64,000 nt of DNA, taken from positions 128,001 through 192,000 of the forward strand of contig CAVYGN010000001.1 of the NCBI GenBank assembly GCA_963768055.1, read 5' to 3'. Origin of the DNA: an uncultured Spirochaetota bacterium. Lineage in GTDB: Bacteria; Spirochaetota; Brevinematia; Brevinematales; JAOACQ01. Below, in pieces: positions 9,723 through 19,584 of this stretch (positions are counted from its first letter, which is position 1; every line of letters starts with the position of its first letter). The notes under the pieces were generated by a model. It was not told where the DNA came from. It saw only the letters and a program-made list of their open reading frames with translations, and ran no database searches. Made by a program: the position numbers and the translations under genes.

Positions 9723-11666
9723 ATGAAAAAGCTGTTAGCCATTCTCATTTTGATTTTAATATCCAGCCGGTTTGCTTTTACAGTTTCAACAAAATATTTA
9801 ACGGATTATAAGTTCGATAATATCGAGCTGTATGAATTCAGCAATATTAGTTTTGTTGAAAACGGGGGGATTGAACTTGCCCATGATTATAAAGTTCTAT
9901 TTACCGGAAAAAATCCCGTATGGTCTCTTTCAGAGTGGAAAGGCGGCCTTTTAGCCGGAACCGGGGATCCGGCTCAGCTTCTATATTTAAAAAGCGGCGG
10001 ATATAAGAATATTTTAGAGTTTTCGAACCAGGTGCTTGTCAGCGATATAAAACAGTTCAATGGAGCATTATATATATCCTCTTTTCCAAAAGGGGCCATA
10101 ACGATTCTTGATGAAAATTTCAAGGAAAGCAAAAGGATACCTCTCAAAAACGAATATATCTGGAACATAGTGCCCGACATGAAGGGATATTTCGTACTTA
10201 CCGGCAGTCCGGCTTCTATTTGTCATTTTAACGACAGGGATGAATTGGAATATTCCATACCTGTCCCCGGGGAAGAAAACCTTCTTAAAGGCCTTGCTGA
10301 CGGAGATGACCTTTATTTTTCAGCGGACGGAAATATCCTTTATAAGTTCAATTCGCATGACAAAAAAGTCAGGGCAGTTTACTCTTTTGACAACTCGATC
10401 ATGGATATAATTTATGTAAAAAATTTGATGTATATTATTACTTCGGCTTCAGAGTATAAAAATCTATCCCATGAAGTTTTAGGTGAATCATCGTCTGATA
10501 CTAATGAAAAAAAGACCTCCCGGACAGGCACTTTTAAAAGCGACCTTTATTCATATGATATGAAATTGTCTGTGGAAAAGATCTTTGAAAAGGCAAATAT
10601 CAGATTCATTTCCCTCTCATACTGGAACGATTCGATTGTTATAGGGACAGATAAGAATGCCGGATATTATCAAATTTCCCTCAAGGGAAATGAAAGAAAA
10701 TTTTCCGGATTAGGAGCAGGAAAATTTGCGCGTTTACTGGAACTCCGCGAAGATAATTTTGCTCTGCTCCTTGATCCCACCAGGATTATCAGGCTGGAAA
10801 AGGAATTCGCAGGCAAGGGTTTTATGGTTTCCGGTTCTTTCGATACGGGAAATATATCGCGCTGGGGTAAGCTGTCTATAGATAGTTCCATTTTTCCGGG
10901 AACATCTCTTACAATTTACACAAGGAGCGGCGCCATTCCCGAAGACAACCTCTGGGAAGAATGGTTGGAATATAAAAACAGGACCGCGTCAAGCCCAAAC
11001 AGGTATTTTCAGTATATGGCCGAACTTGGTTCCGGAGGGGGCAATACACCGGTTTTCAACGGCATAACCGTTCCTTTTATACAAAAGAACAGCGCCCCCA
11101 GGATCGACAAGATATCACTGAATTACAATAACAATATTTACAAATTAAGCTGGGACGGGGAAGACGAGGACAGGGATATTCTGATCTATAATTTATATTT
11201 GGCTCTCTCAAATGAGAGCTGGGTGAAAATTAACGATAAACCCCTTGAAGAAAACAATTTCGAAATAAATCCCGCCAATTATCCGGAGGGACAATATCGT
11301 ATAAAGGTAACAGTTTCCGATGAAAGATCGAATTCTCCCGCTGAGGCTAAAGAGGGCTTCAAGATCAGCGAACCTTTCATGATTGTTAACAGCTCGCCAG
11401 TAATCGGGGATATCGCTTTAAAAAAGAACGGTAAAACCGCCATGCTGGCCTGGAAAGTTACGGACAATCTTTCACCTGTTTTAGAAGTCGATTACATGGT
11501 AAACGGCTTAAAGTGGCTGAAGGTCCTGCCTGAAGATGTTATCTACGATTCGAAAACTCTAATGTTCGACCTTAAACTCAACATTGACGAGCCTTCCTTT
11601 ATTGTTATCAAGGCTTCGGACTTATATGGAAATTATTCGACAAAAGGAATATTTGTCGAAGAGTAA
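9723..11666 (+). CDS. Secreted beta-propeller / FN3-like hypothetical protein
   Basis: Signal peptide MKKLLAILILILIS; beta-rich repeats; TRSG..W..W, RYFQY and W...DED.D.L.Y Ig-like C-terminal part. Confidence 0.6.
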   Translation: MKKLLAILILILISSRFAFTVSTKYLTDYKFDNIELYEFSNISFVENGGIELAHDYKVLFTGKNPVWSLSEWKGGLLAGTGDPAQLLYLKSGGYKNILEFSNQVLVSDIKQFNGALYISSFPKGAITILDENFKESKRIPLKNEYIWNIVPDMKGYFVLTGSPASICHFNDRDELEYSIPVPGEENLLKGLADGDDLYFSADGNILYKFNSHDKKVRAVYSFDNSIMDIIYVKNLMYIITSASEYKNLSHEVLGESSSDTNEKKTSRTGTFKSDLYSYDMKLSVEKIFEKANIRFISLSYWNDSIVIGTDKNAGYYQISLKGNERKFSGLGAGKFARLLELREDNFALLLDPTRIIRLEKEFAGKGFMVSGSFDTGNISRWGKLSIDSSIFPGTSLTIYTRSGAIPEDNLWEEWLEYKNRTASSPNRYFQYMAELGSGGGNTPVFNGITVPFIQKNSAPRIDKISLNYNNNIYKLSWDGEDEDRDILIYNLYLALSNESWVKINDKPLEENNFEINPANYPEGQYRIKVTVSDERSNSPAEAKEGFKISEPFMIVNSSPVIGDIALKKNGKTAMLAWKVTDNLSPVLEVDYMVNGLKWLKVLPEDVIYDSKTLMFDLKLNIDEPSFIVIKASDLYGNYSTKGIFVEE

Positions 11667-11682
11667 GATTTAGCCTTGTTAT

Positions 11683-11864
11683 GGGCCCTTCTAATAACCG
11701 CCTTTTCATCGGGCATACCCTTACGGGCACAAGAGCCGATACAAGCAAGGCGGCAAGGTTGGCCCCATAGGGTTTATGCCCGTAGGGTGTTTATGCCCGA
11801 AGGGTGCGGTTTCATTACGATTTGAACATTATTTATTAATAACATAGTTAGTTTTTGGATGCCC
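11683..11864. mobile_element. MITE copy A (182 bp) carrying nested hairpin insertions
   Basis: GGGC...GCCC ends, TTAT direct repeats at 11679-11682 and 11865-11868, colinear with 58865-58975. Confidence 0.75.
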
Positions 11865-14800
11865 TTATAAAAAATATTTTACACCGGCTTTGAAGATCGG
11901 CTGGAATTTATTTCCGGGAATATTTACCCCAATAAAGGGTCCGGTTCTCTCCGAATGGGCCATTTTACCGAATATGCGTCCATCGGCGCTCGTTATTCCT
12001 TCAATAGCGAAATCTGAACCGTTAGGATTAGAAGGCATATTCATTGTCGCATTTCCGTTTTCATCTACGTACCTGGTTGCGATCTGTCCATTCTTTTTGA
12101 GTTCATCAAGAACGCCGGAAGGGGCAATAAACCGGCCTTCGCCATGGGATACCGGCAATATATGCATATCTCCGATTTTACTTTCCATGAACCAGGGTGA
12201 AAGAGTGGAAACGATTTTTGTCCTGACCATCGATGAAACATGCCTGCCTATTTTATTGTAGGTAAGGGTTGGCGAATCAATATCGAGGTCCCTGATCTCT
12301 CCATATGGGACAAGCCCGAGCTTGATCAGGGCCTGGAATCCGTTACAAATACCCAGAATAAGGCCGTCCTTAACTTTGAGCAAATCCATAACAGCATCCC
12401 TGATCTTAGGGCTCCTGAAAACGGCCGCTATGAATTTTCCCGAACCTTCGGGTTCGTCACCCGCTGAAAATCCGCCGGGCAGCATTAACATCTGCGCCCT
12501 GCTTACAGCACTGGCGAGCGATGAAATCGATTGATTGACGTCTTCAGGCGTTCTGTTTCTAAAGATGAAGGTTTCGGTTTTAGCGCCTGCTTTTTCAAAG
12601 GCATTTACAGAATCGTATTCGCAGTTTGTTCCCGGGAAAACAGGAATTAGAACTAAAGGTTTTACCGATTTTCCCTTATGAATTAAAGGGTAATCCGCGC
12701 AGTAAGAATAGTCATCGAGGGCGATCTTGCTGTCCGGAGTCTTGACCGGGAAAATTTCCGACAGCGGTTCCATCCATCTATCGATCAACACAGACAAGTT
12801 TATTACAGTATTTTCAATCCTGATCTCGCTTTCAGGTATTGTTCGTCCGAGCAATATATGATCTAGACCGGATAAATCCTCTTCATCGAGGCTCCCACCC
12901 TCGATAACAAAAGAGCCGTAACCCTGTCCGAAGAGCATTCCGGGGGCCGGTTTTCCAGTCATCTCGAAGCCGATCATATTTCCGAAACACATCTTGCTGA
13001 TTGCTTCGCTGACGCCGAAAGCCCTTACTGTTTGAACCGATATTATTTTTTTATTATCAATCAGATAGAAGAGCCTTTCGCAGAGTTTTTTAAAATAAGC
13101 CCAGTCGGGTATAAAAAATTCGTTTTTACGCATCTGAAGAAGGTAGACATTATTATTCGGATTTTTAAATTCCGGCGTGATGATACCCGTTATATCCACG
13201 GGTGAAAGCGCAAAGCTTACAAGGGTCGGGGGAACATTCAGGTTATTGAAAGTCCCCGACATGCTGTCCTTTCCGCCTATAGCCGGTATCAATAGCTCCT
13301 TTTGTACTTTATAAGCGCCTAAAAGGGACGAGAAAGGCTTGCCCCATTTTTCAGGAATATCGAACAACTTTTCAAAATATTCCTGCAGCGTAAGACGGAT
13401 CTTGCGATAGTCAGCACCGGCTGCAGCAGCTTTTGCGATGGAGTCGACAACCGCATAAATTCCTCCATGATATGGGCTCCATTCGGATATTTCAGCGTCA
13501 AAACCCCAACTCATAACAGTCCCGGTAGTTGTTTCATAATCCGTTACAGGCAGCTTTGAGCACATACTCTGCGCCGGAGTGAGGCTTTTCCTTCCGCCGA
13601 ACGGCATTGTAACTGTAAGAGCTCCGATAGTGCTGTCAAACCTTTCAACAAGGCCTTTCTGAGAAGAAGAGTTCAGGTTTGATAGAGAATAGATCCATGC
13701 TTCTTCAAGATTATTACCGGCAGTCTTTATTCCGGATTTAATAAAAGGAGAAGAGTTTTTATCGGGCGACTTTACATTAACCCTGGCATGTCTTTTTGGG
13801 CCGCTTGAATTTAGAAAATCCCGGCTGATATTTACAATCAATTTACCGCGCCAGGTCATTTTCACCCTTTTTTCTTCTATTACTTCGGCAACTACAGTCG
13901 CTTCCAGATTTTCCTTTGAAGCTGATTCTATGAAAATCCCGGCGTTATTACTATCCACCAGGACAGCCATTCTTTCCTGCGATTCTGAAATCGCGAGTTC
14001 AGTCCCGTCCAGATCTTCGTATTTTTTCGGTACCTTGTCAAGGTTAATTAAGAGGCCGTCGGCAATTTCACCGATGGCTACCGAGATCCCGCCGGCCCCG
14101 AAATCGTTGCATTTTTTTATCAGAACCGAAACTTCCGGCTTTCTGAACAGCCTCTGGATCTTTCTTTCTTCCGGGGCATTGCCCTTCTGGACTTCAGCTC
14201 CGGCCTTGAAAATAGATTCCTCCGTATGACTCTTGGAAGATCCCGTAGCTCCGCCGCAGCCGTCCCGTCCGGTCCTTCCCCCCAACAGGATCACGACATC
14301 TCCTTTTACAGGACTCGAACGCTTTACAGCGCTGCGCCTGACCGCTCCGACAACAGCTCCAATTTCCATTCTTTTAGCCACATATCCCTCGTGATATATT
14401 TCGGAAACCTGTCCTGTCGCAAGGCCTATCTGGTTTCCATAAGAACTAAAACCGTGAGCGGCTTCAACAGTTATTTTTCTTTGAGGGAGTTTTCCCTGCA
14501 GGGTGTCTGAAGCGTTTTTCATGGGATTGCCGCTTCCGGTTACACGCATAGCCTGGTAAACGTAAGACCTGCCGGAAAGGGGGTCTCGTATTGCTCCTCC
14601 TACACAGGTCGCTGCGCCTCCAAAGGGTTCTATTTCCGTCGGGTGGTTGTGGGTTTCATTTTTAAACATCACGAGCCATTCTTCGGATCCGGTTCCCCCT
14701 TCAACAGGAACAACGATACTGCAGGCATTGATCTCGTCGGATTCATCGAGGTCGGAAAGATAACCCTTTGCTTTAAGTTCTCTCATTGATATTGTCGCGA

Positions 14801-15650
14801 GGTCCATAAGGCTTATTTTTTTTCCATTTTGATCGGTGCTTAAAAATCTTCGGGATTCCAGGTATTCATAATAAGTACTTTCAATTGACGATTTGAAAGG
14901 CCCTTCTTCGAATTCCACTTCATCGATTTCTGTTAGAAACGTAGTATGGCGGCAATGATCCGACCAATATGTATCGATGATCCTTATTTCAGTCATTGTC
15001 GGGTCCCTTTTTTCATCGTTTTTAAAATAGGATTGAAGAAAAATCAGGTCGTTCAAATCCATTGCGAGACCAGTTCCGGCAATGAATTTTTCCAGGGCCG
15101 AATTATCCATTGTTATAAAGCCTTTAATGACCGGAATATCATCCGGCTGATCCCTGTTTTCTATAAGTGTTGAAGGTTTTGACAGACGGGTTTCACGGGA
15201 ATCCACAGGATTAATAATAAATTTTTTTATTTTTTCAATTGCCGGGGCGGAAATCTTCCCATAAAAAACCAGGATAGAAGCGTATCTGATAACAGGCTTT
15301 TCGCCCTGCGTGAGAATTTGAATTGCCTGGGCCGCCGAATCGGCCCTCTGGTCATACTGGCCCGGCAGGTACTCCCAGCCGAAAATTTGTTTTTTTTTAT
15401 CCGAAGCCTCCATGCCGGCGGGCAAAGCTTCATCATATATAAAATCAAGAGGGGGTTCTGCAAAAACGCTGAAACGTGATTTTTGATAATCTTCTTCGGA
15501 AATACCCTGGATGTCGTATCGATGAAAAACCCTGAGCCTTTCAATCCCGGAAATATGAAGGACTGAGGTTAAGTCATGAAGAATGTTTCCGGATTCGTTG
15601 TCATATTCCGGCTTTTTTTCCGTAAAGATCCTGTAAACACGATTGTCCAT
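11865..15650 (-). CDS. purL: Phosphoribosylformylglycinamidine synthase (large fused form)
   Basis: YWSDHCRH, KNETHNHPTEIEPFGGAAT, DFGAGG; glutaminase PGGFSAGD, LGICNGFQ, HSER. Confidence 0.98.
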   Translation of the reverse strand: MDNRVYRIFTEKKPEYDNESGNILHDLTSVLHISGIERLRVFHRYDIQGISEEDYQKSRFSVFAEPPLDFIYDEALPAGMEASDKKKQIFGWEYLPGQYDQRADSAAQAIQILTQGEKPVIRYASILVFYGKISAPAIEKIKKFIINPVDSRETRLSKPSTLIENRDQPDDIPVIKGFITMDNSALEKFIAGTGLAMDLNDLIFLQSYFKNDEKRDPTMTEIRIIDTYWSDHCRHTTFLTEIDEVEFEEGPFKSSIESTYYEYLESRRFLSTDQNGKKISLMDLATISMRELKAKGYLSDLDESDEINACSIVVPVEGGTGSEEWLVMFKNETHNHPTEIEPFGGAATCVGGAIRDPLSGRSYVYQAMRVTGSGNPMKNASDTLQGKLPQRKITVEAAHGFSSYGNQIGLATGQVSEIYHEGYVAKRMEIGAVVGAVRRSAVKRSSPVKGDVVILLGGRTGRDGCGGATGSSKSHTEESIFKAGAEVQKGNAPEERKIQRLFRKPEVSVLIKKCNDFGAGGISVAIGEIADGLLINLDKVPKKYEDLDGTELAISESQERMAVLVDSNNAGIFIESASKENLEATVVAEVIEEKRVKMTWRGKLIVNISRDFLNSSGPKRHARVNVKSPDKNSSPFIKSGIKTAGNNLEEAWIYSLSNLNSSSQKGLVERFDSTIGALTVTMPFGGRKSLTPAQSMCSKLPVTDYETTTGTVMSWGFDAEISEWSPYHGGIYAVVDSIAKAAAAGADYRKIRLTLQEYFEKLFDIPEKWGKPFSSLLGAYKVQKELLIPAIGGKDSMSGTFNNLNVPPTLVSFALSPVDITGIITPEFKNPNNNVYLLQMRKNEFFIPDWAYFKKLCERLFYLIDNKKIISVQTVRAFGVSEAISKMCFGNMIGFEMTGKPAPGMLFGQGYGSFVIEGGSLDEEDLSGLDHILLGRTIPESEIRIENTVINLSVLIDRWMEPLSEIFPVKTPDSKIALDDYSYCADYPLIHKGKSVKPLVLIPVFPGTNCEYDSVNAFEKAGAKTETFIFRNRTPEDVNQSISSLASAVSRAQMLMLPGGFSAGDEPEGSGKFIAAVFRSPKIRDAVMDLLKVKDGLILGICNGFQALIKLGLVPYGEIRDLDIDSPTLTYNKIGRHVSSMVRTKIVSTLSPWFMESKIGDMHILPVSHGEGRFIAPSGVLDELKKNGQIATRYVDENGNATMNMPSNPNGSDFAIEGITSADGRIFGKMAHSERTGPFIGVNIPGNKFQPIFKAGVKYFL

Positions 15651-15868
15651 CTCTTCAAATCCTCATAAATTAATAAGGGCACTTCTAATAGCCGCCCCGA
15701 ATAATTATACGGAAAATCGTAAAAAAAATAAATTAATTTGTCTGTTGCCGATGTTAAAAGGCTTGAAGAAATATTTAATTATGGTATTGAATAAAAACTT
15801 TGATAATGATAGAATAACATATTTCAAAATCCCTGTAAGGAATTCCGAGTAATAAAAAGGAGATAAAA

Positions 15869-17290
15869 ATGATAGAAAAAAAATTTCTTGTGCCCTTATG
15901 GTTCTGCGCGGTTTTAATTACCGAAGTTTCTTTTTCCGAAACAAGGGTAAATTCCTGGATTACAACAACCTCAGAAAAGCCATGGCGGGTGAACTCTGTT
16001 GGCTTAATCCGGACCGGCAGTCAAGGCGCTTCGGACCTGGAAATCGACGCTTCGGAATCTTACCAGATCATAGATGGTTTCGGGGGCGCATTTAATGAGA
16101 AGGGCTGGGCGGCCTTGTCGGTGCTTTCGGAAAATGAAAGGCAGAACGTGTTAAAAGAGATATTCGATCCTGAAGACGGACTTAAATTCAATATCTGCCG
16201 TGTGCCTATAGGGGCAAGCGACTATGCGATGGACCGTTATACCCTCGATGAATCGAGTAATGATTATGTGATGAGTAATTTTTCAATCGAAAGGGACAAA
16301 AAAATGCTGATCCCTTATATAAAAGCGGCAATGAAGTATAGACCCGATTTACAGCTCTGGGGTTCTGCATGGACTCCTCCTACATGGATGAAGGATAGCG
16401 GGGCCTTTGACGGAGGAGACATGAAGGACAAGCCCGAAATCTACAGGTCTTACGCGCTGTATCTTGCCCGTTTCATCGAGGCTTACAGGGCAGAAGGTCT
16501 TAATATGACCGCTGTATGCGAGCAGAACGAGCCTCTGATAATGACCCACTATCCAAGCTGTTTATGGATGCCCGGCCAGTTCCTAGATTTTATAAAGAAT
16601 TACATGGGCCCTCTCTTTCAGAAAAGAGGCCTGACCAACGCGATCTGGCTTGGGACATTGCAGGATGGAAATTATAAACTTTTTCCCGAGACGGTCCTGA
16701 AGGACCCCGAGGCTAACAGGTATATTTCCGCAGTAGCCCTTCAATGGGGTGGTATAAATTCAGTGGCAAAGATTCGTGAGAATTTCCCCGACAAAAAAAT
16801 TGTTCAAAGTGAAACAGAATGCGGAAATTGGTCCTGGAAGTCGGGTTATAACCCCGATATGCCCCAGAATGACTGGGCTTACGGATCCTACACATGGAGA
16901 AAAATCCGGGGATTTATAAGCCTCGGGGCAAATTCATACATGCTATGGAATATGATACTTGACCAGGAAGGCAAAAATATCGACGAATTAAAACCCTGGC
17001 CCCAGGATGCGGCTGTAGTAATAAACAGCATAAATCATTCGGTAACATACACGCCGATGTTTTATGCAACAAAGCACTTCAGTTACTTTGTCCGGCCGGG
17101 TTCAAAGGTGATAAAAACAAGCGGAAGTTGGGATGAATCTATAGCGTTTCAGAATCAGGACGGTTCAGTAATACTTGAAATATTGAACGATTCTGACAAG
17201 GCAAGGGATTTTCAGATTAAAATAGGCAATTCCATGTTCAAAACCGTTATTCCGGGGAAATCATTTGACACGTTTACAATAAATCTTTAA
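15869..17290 (+). CDS. Glycoside hydrolase family 30, secreted
   Basis: GFGGAFNE, CRVPIGASDY, SAWTPPTWMK, QNEP acid/base, QSETECG nucleophile, KHFSYFVRPGS. Confidence 0.92.
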   Translation: MIEKKFLVPLWFCAVLITEVSFSETRVNSWITTTSEKPWRVNSVGLIRTGSQGASDLEIDASESYQIIDGFGGAFNEKGWAALSVLSENERQNVLKEIFDPEDGLKFNICRVPIGASDYAMDRYTLDESSNDYVMSNFSIERDKKMLIPYIKAAMKYRPDLQLWGSAWTPPTWMKDSGAFDGGDMKDKPEIYRSYALYLARFIEAYRAEGLNMTAVCEQNEPLIMTHYPSCLWMPGQFLDFIKNYMGPLFQKRGLTNAIWLGTLQDGNYKLFPETVLKDPEANRYISAVALQWGGINSVAKIRENFPDKKIVQSETECGNWSWKSGYNPDMPQNDWAYGSYTWRKIRGFISLGANSYMLWNMILDQEGKNIDELKPWPQDAAVVINSINHSVTYTPMFYATKHFSYFVRPGSKVIKTSGSWDESIAFQNQDGSVILEILNDSDKARDFQIKIGNSMFKTVIPGKSFDTFTINL

Positions 17291-17325
17291 TTAGCAGGCC
17301 CGGTCGATGTACTGTAGAGGTAAGG

Positions 17326-18081
17326 ATGAAGTCGTACCTTATAATATTATCCTTTTGTTTATTTTATTCCGGCAGGAGCATTTATCCCATTACCATAGAT
17401 GATTTTTTGAATTCGGACATAGGAAGCCGGAGAAACACCCATGAAGGCAACGTTGCGCTCCTTAGCGAGGTCAGCAATGAAATATCCCTTGATTCAAACA
17501 AGTATGAACTTTTCTGGGAATGTTCGGCACTATGGTACACTGAAGGACAGCTTTACGCCACGAACAGGGAATCGAAGAAATACTGTTTTTCCAATGTAAA
17601 AGACAACGCCCTGATAGCCGTCAAATTAAATCCTTCCGGTCCTGAAGGGCATTATTGGCTCGGAGTAGGCTATGGCCTATGGTCCGAGGCTAACGGTATT
17701 CTCGACAGTTTATTCTATGCAGGGGATATATTGAATGAAATGACAGCTGTTATTGAACTGCAGCCGGATTTCTTTCATGGAGAAGCCTGGGCTATTCGCG
17801 CCAAGGTTTATGACTATGCGCCCGGATGGCCGATTTCTATTGGCGACAAGACGAAAGCCTATGAAGATTTGAAAATGGCGATGAAGTATGGGAGTAATTA
17901 CCGTTTCATTCTTCAGACCGATGTTGAAATATTGATGAATGACGGAAAATATAAAGAGGCCCGGGAAGCTGCGGAAAAAGCTCTTACCCTGCCGTACGAC
18001 AGCAGGATACCCAAAGAAGAAGACCAGGGCATAGCGGCGCTCAGTAATTATCTTATTATTATTAATTCGGCATTGAAATAA
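17326..18081 (+). CDS. Secreted TPR-like helical repeat protein
   Basis: Signal peptide; AVKLNPSGPEGHYWLG and APGWPISIGD helical repeats. Confidence 0.6.
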   Translation: MKSYLIILSFCLFYSGRSIYPITIDDFLNSDIGSRRNTHEGNVALLSEVSNEISLDSNKYELFWECSALWYTEGQLYATNRESKKYCFSNVKDNALIAVKLNPSGPEGHYWLGVGYGLWSEANGILDSLFYAGDILNEMTAVIELQPDFFHGEAWAIRAKVYDYAPGWPISIGDKTKAYEDLKMAMKYGSNYRFILQTDVEILMNDGKYKEAREAAEKALTLPYDSRIPKEEDQGIAALSNYLIIINSALK

Positions 18082-18085
18082 AGGA

Positions 18086-18134
18086 AGATTTCTCGTCATA
18101 CTGCCCCTTTAGGGGCTGGGTCCTCGAAATGACA
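18086..18134. repeat. REP-like palindromic element
   Basis: AGATTTCTCGTC...TCCTCGAAATGACA enclosing a GCCCC-TTTA-GGGGC hairpin directly after a stop codon. Confidence 0.5.
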
Positions 18135-18178
18135 TAGCCTCTCCCCACTCACCGAATTTAAGACAAAATGCAATTCAA

Positions 18179-18417
18179 TTTGAAGTAATTTTTTTCTGCG
18201 CCTTATGAAGATGGCGTAGAGCCACCGGGCGAAAAACGGATAAAGGAAGGGCTAACCAGAGACTGTTCATTGTAATTAATTTATTCTTATAGATTATAAA
18301 AAATATCTTTAATAAAAAAGCATTCCATCAGCGCTTACATCCGTTTTAAGCCCTTGTGGCTCATACCCTTCGGGCACAGGCACTATCGAATCTAGCGCGG
18401 AAAAAAATTACTTCAAA
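18179..18417. repeat. Long inverted-repeat element between convergent genes
   Basis: 23-bp terminal inverted repeats with one mismatch; inner pairs gagccac/gtggctc and aaaacggat/atccgtttt. Confidence 0.75.
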
Positions 18418-18435
18418 GATAAAACCGCATATTGT

Positions 18436-19584
18436 CTAATCGGCTCCAGCCAGGTATCCCTTCATCACGGCAAGTAATTTTTTTTCTTTTTCAGCTACAG
18501 CGCCGGCTAAAACCCTCGCTTTTCTATACATAATCTTCCTTTCGTCGATATTTTTAAATTCCTTTACATTGACTGAGATTTTCAAGCATTCCTGAGAAAA
18601 ATCCTGCCAGGATAAGGCTGAATCCCCCAGCTCAGCTATAATGGGGTTTAAATTCCTGTCATAGGTATGTATGAAAGCTTCCCTTAGAAAATTCCTGAAA
18701 AATATTCTAAAGGCAAAACCGTCATTATCTTTGAGAGCTATATCATGGTATATATTATTGAAGACTATTTGAAGAAAGCCGTAAAACCTCACCCTTTTTT
18801 CAAAATCGAAAATATCAGCCGGAAGTTTTATCAGGGCCGATATACCATTTCCTTTTTGAGGACTTTCCATGTTCCGGATTGATTCCGAAAGAGCTGTCTT
18901 TACGGCCTGTTTCCAGTTGTAAAGATAGGACGGGTCTTTTTTTCCGATCCAGTAATAAGAACGCTGCGGAGGGAATATCTTTAACCGGGAAGAACGCGCC
19001 ATATCAAGGTCTTCTATACTGATTTCTTTAAGCTCTTTGTAAGGAGAATCTGCGACCCAGGCAAGATCGCTATATGTATCGATCCCGAGAATAGTCACAT
19101 AATGCCTGCCGTCGGAAGCAAAAGCCGGCCCCTCTTTTCCGTCGAAACGGTAAGACAGATACCGTGTATCGACCCTGAGCGCCACGGGTATCCCGGATGA
19201 AAGCAATTTTTTAACACCCTCCCAGGACGACCTTGGGTCCGGAGGGACTACTTCATGAAAGGCTATCCCGGCCCCTGTGAGGAATGTTTTATGCATATCG
19301 GGATAATTGCAGTCTATTATAGGAAACTCACCCTCCTGTATAGAGAAACCGATGCCGGAAGCGCCTATAATGTCCCTTTCATTTATTGAATATCCCGAAT
19401 AAGACATCAGGTTAAGCAAGGCCCCGCTCTCGCTGTTAATGCTTTTTATGATGACGGCGTTAGTAATGAGGTATTTTTCATAATTAATTTTGCCATTGCC
19501 GGTATCGAGCCAGGGTGATGAACAACTGCAGGCTGTTAATAAAATTAAAAAAAATGGCCATCCCGTTTTCATATATTTGCGCAC
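18436..19584 (-). CDS. BtrH N-terminal / DUF4872-like lipoprotein
   Basis: Lipobox LTAC; SESGALLNL, GIPVALRVD.RYL.Y, HYVTILGID, LDMARSS, GF.FR.FF..FL.EA. Confidence 0.7.
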   Translation of the reverse strand: MRKYMKTGWPFFLILLTACSCSSPWLDTGNGKINYEKYLITNAVIIKSINSESGALLNLMSYSGYSINERDIIGASGIGFSIQEGEFPIIDCNYPDMHKTFLTGAGIAFHEVVPPDPRSSWEGVKKLLSSGIPVALRVDTRYLSYRFDGKEGPAFASDGRHYVTILGIDTYSDLAWVADSPYKELKEISIEDLDMARSSRLKIFPPQRSYYWIGKKDPSYLYNWKQAVKTALSESIRNMESPQKGNGISALIKLPADIFDFEKRVRFYGFLQIVFNNIYHDIALKDNDGFAFRIFFRNFLREAFIHTYDRNLNPIIAELGDSALSWQDFSQECLKISVNVKEFKNIDERKIMYRKARVLAGAVAEKEKKLLAVMKGYLAGAD

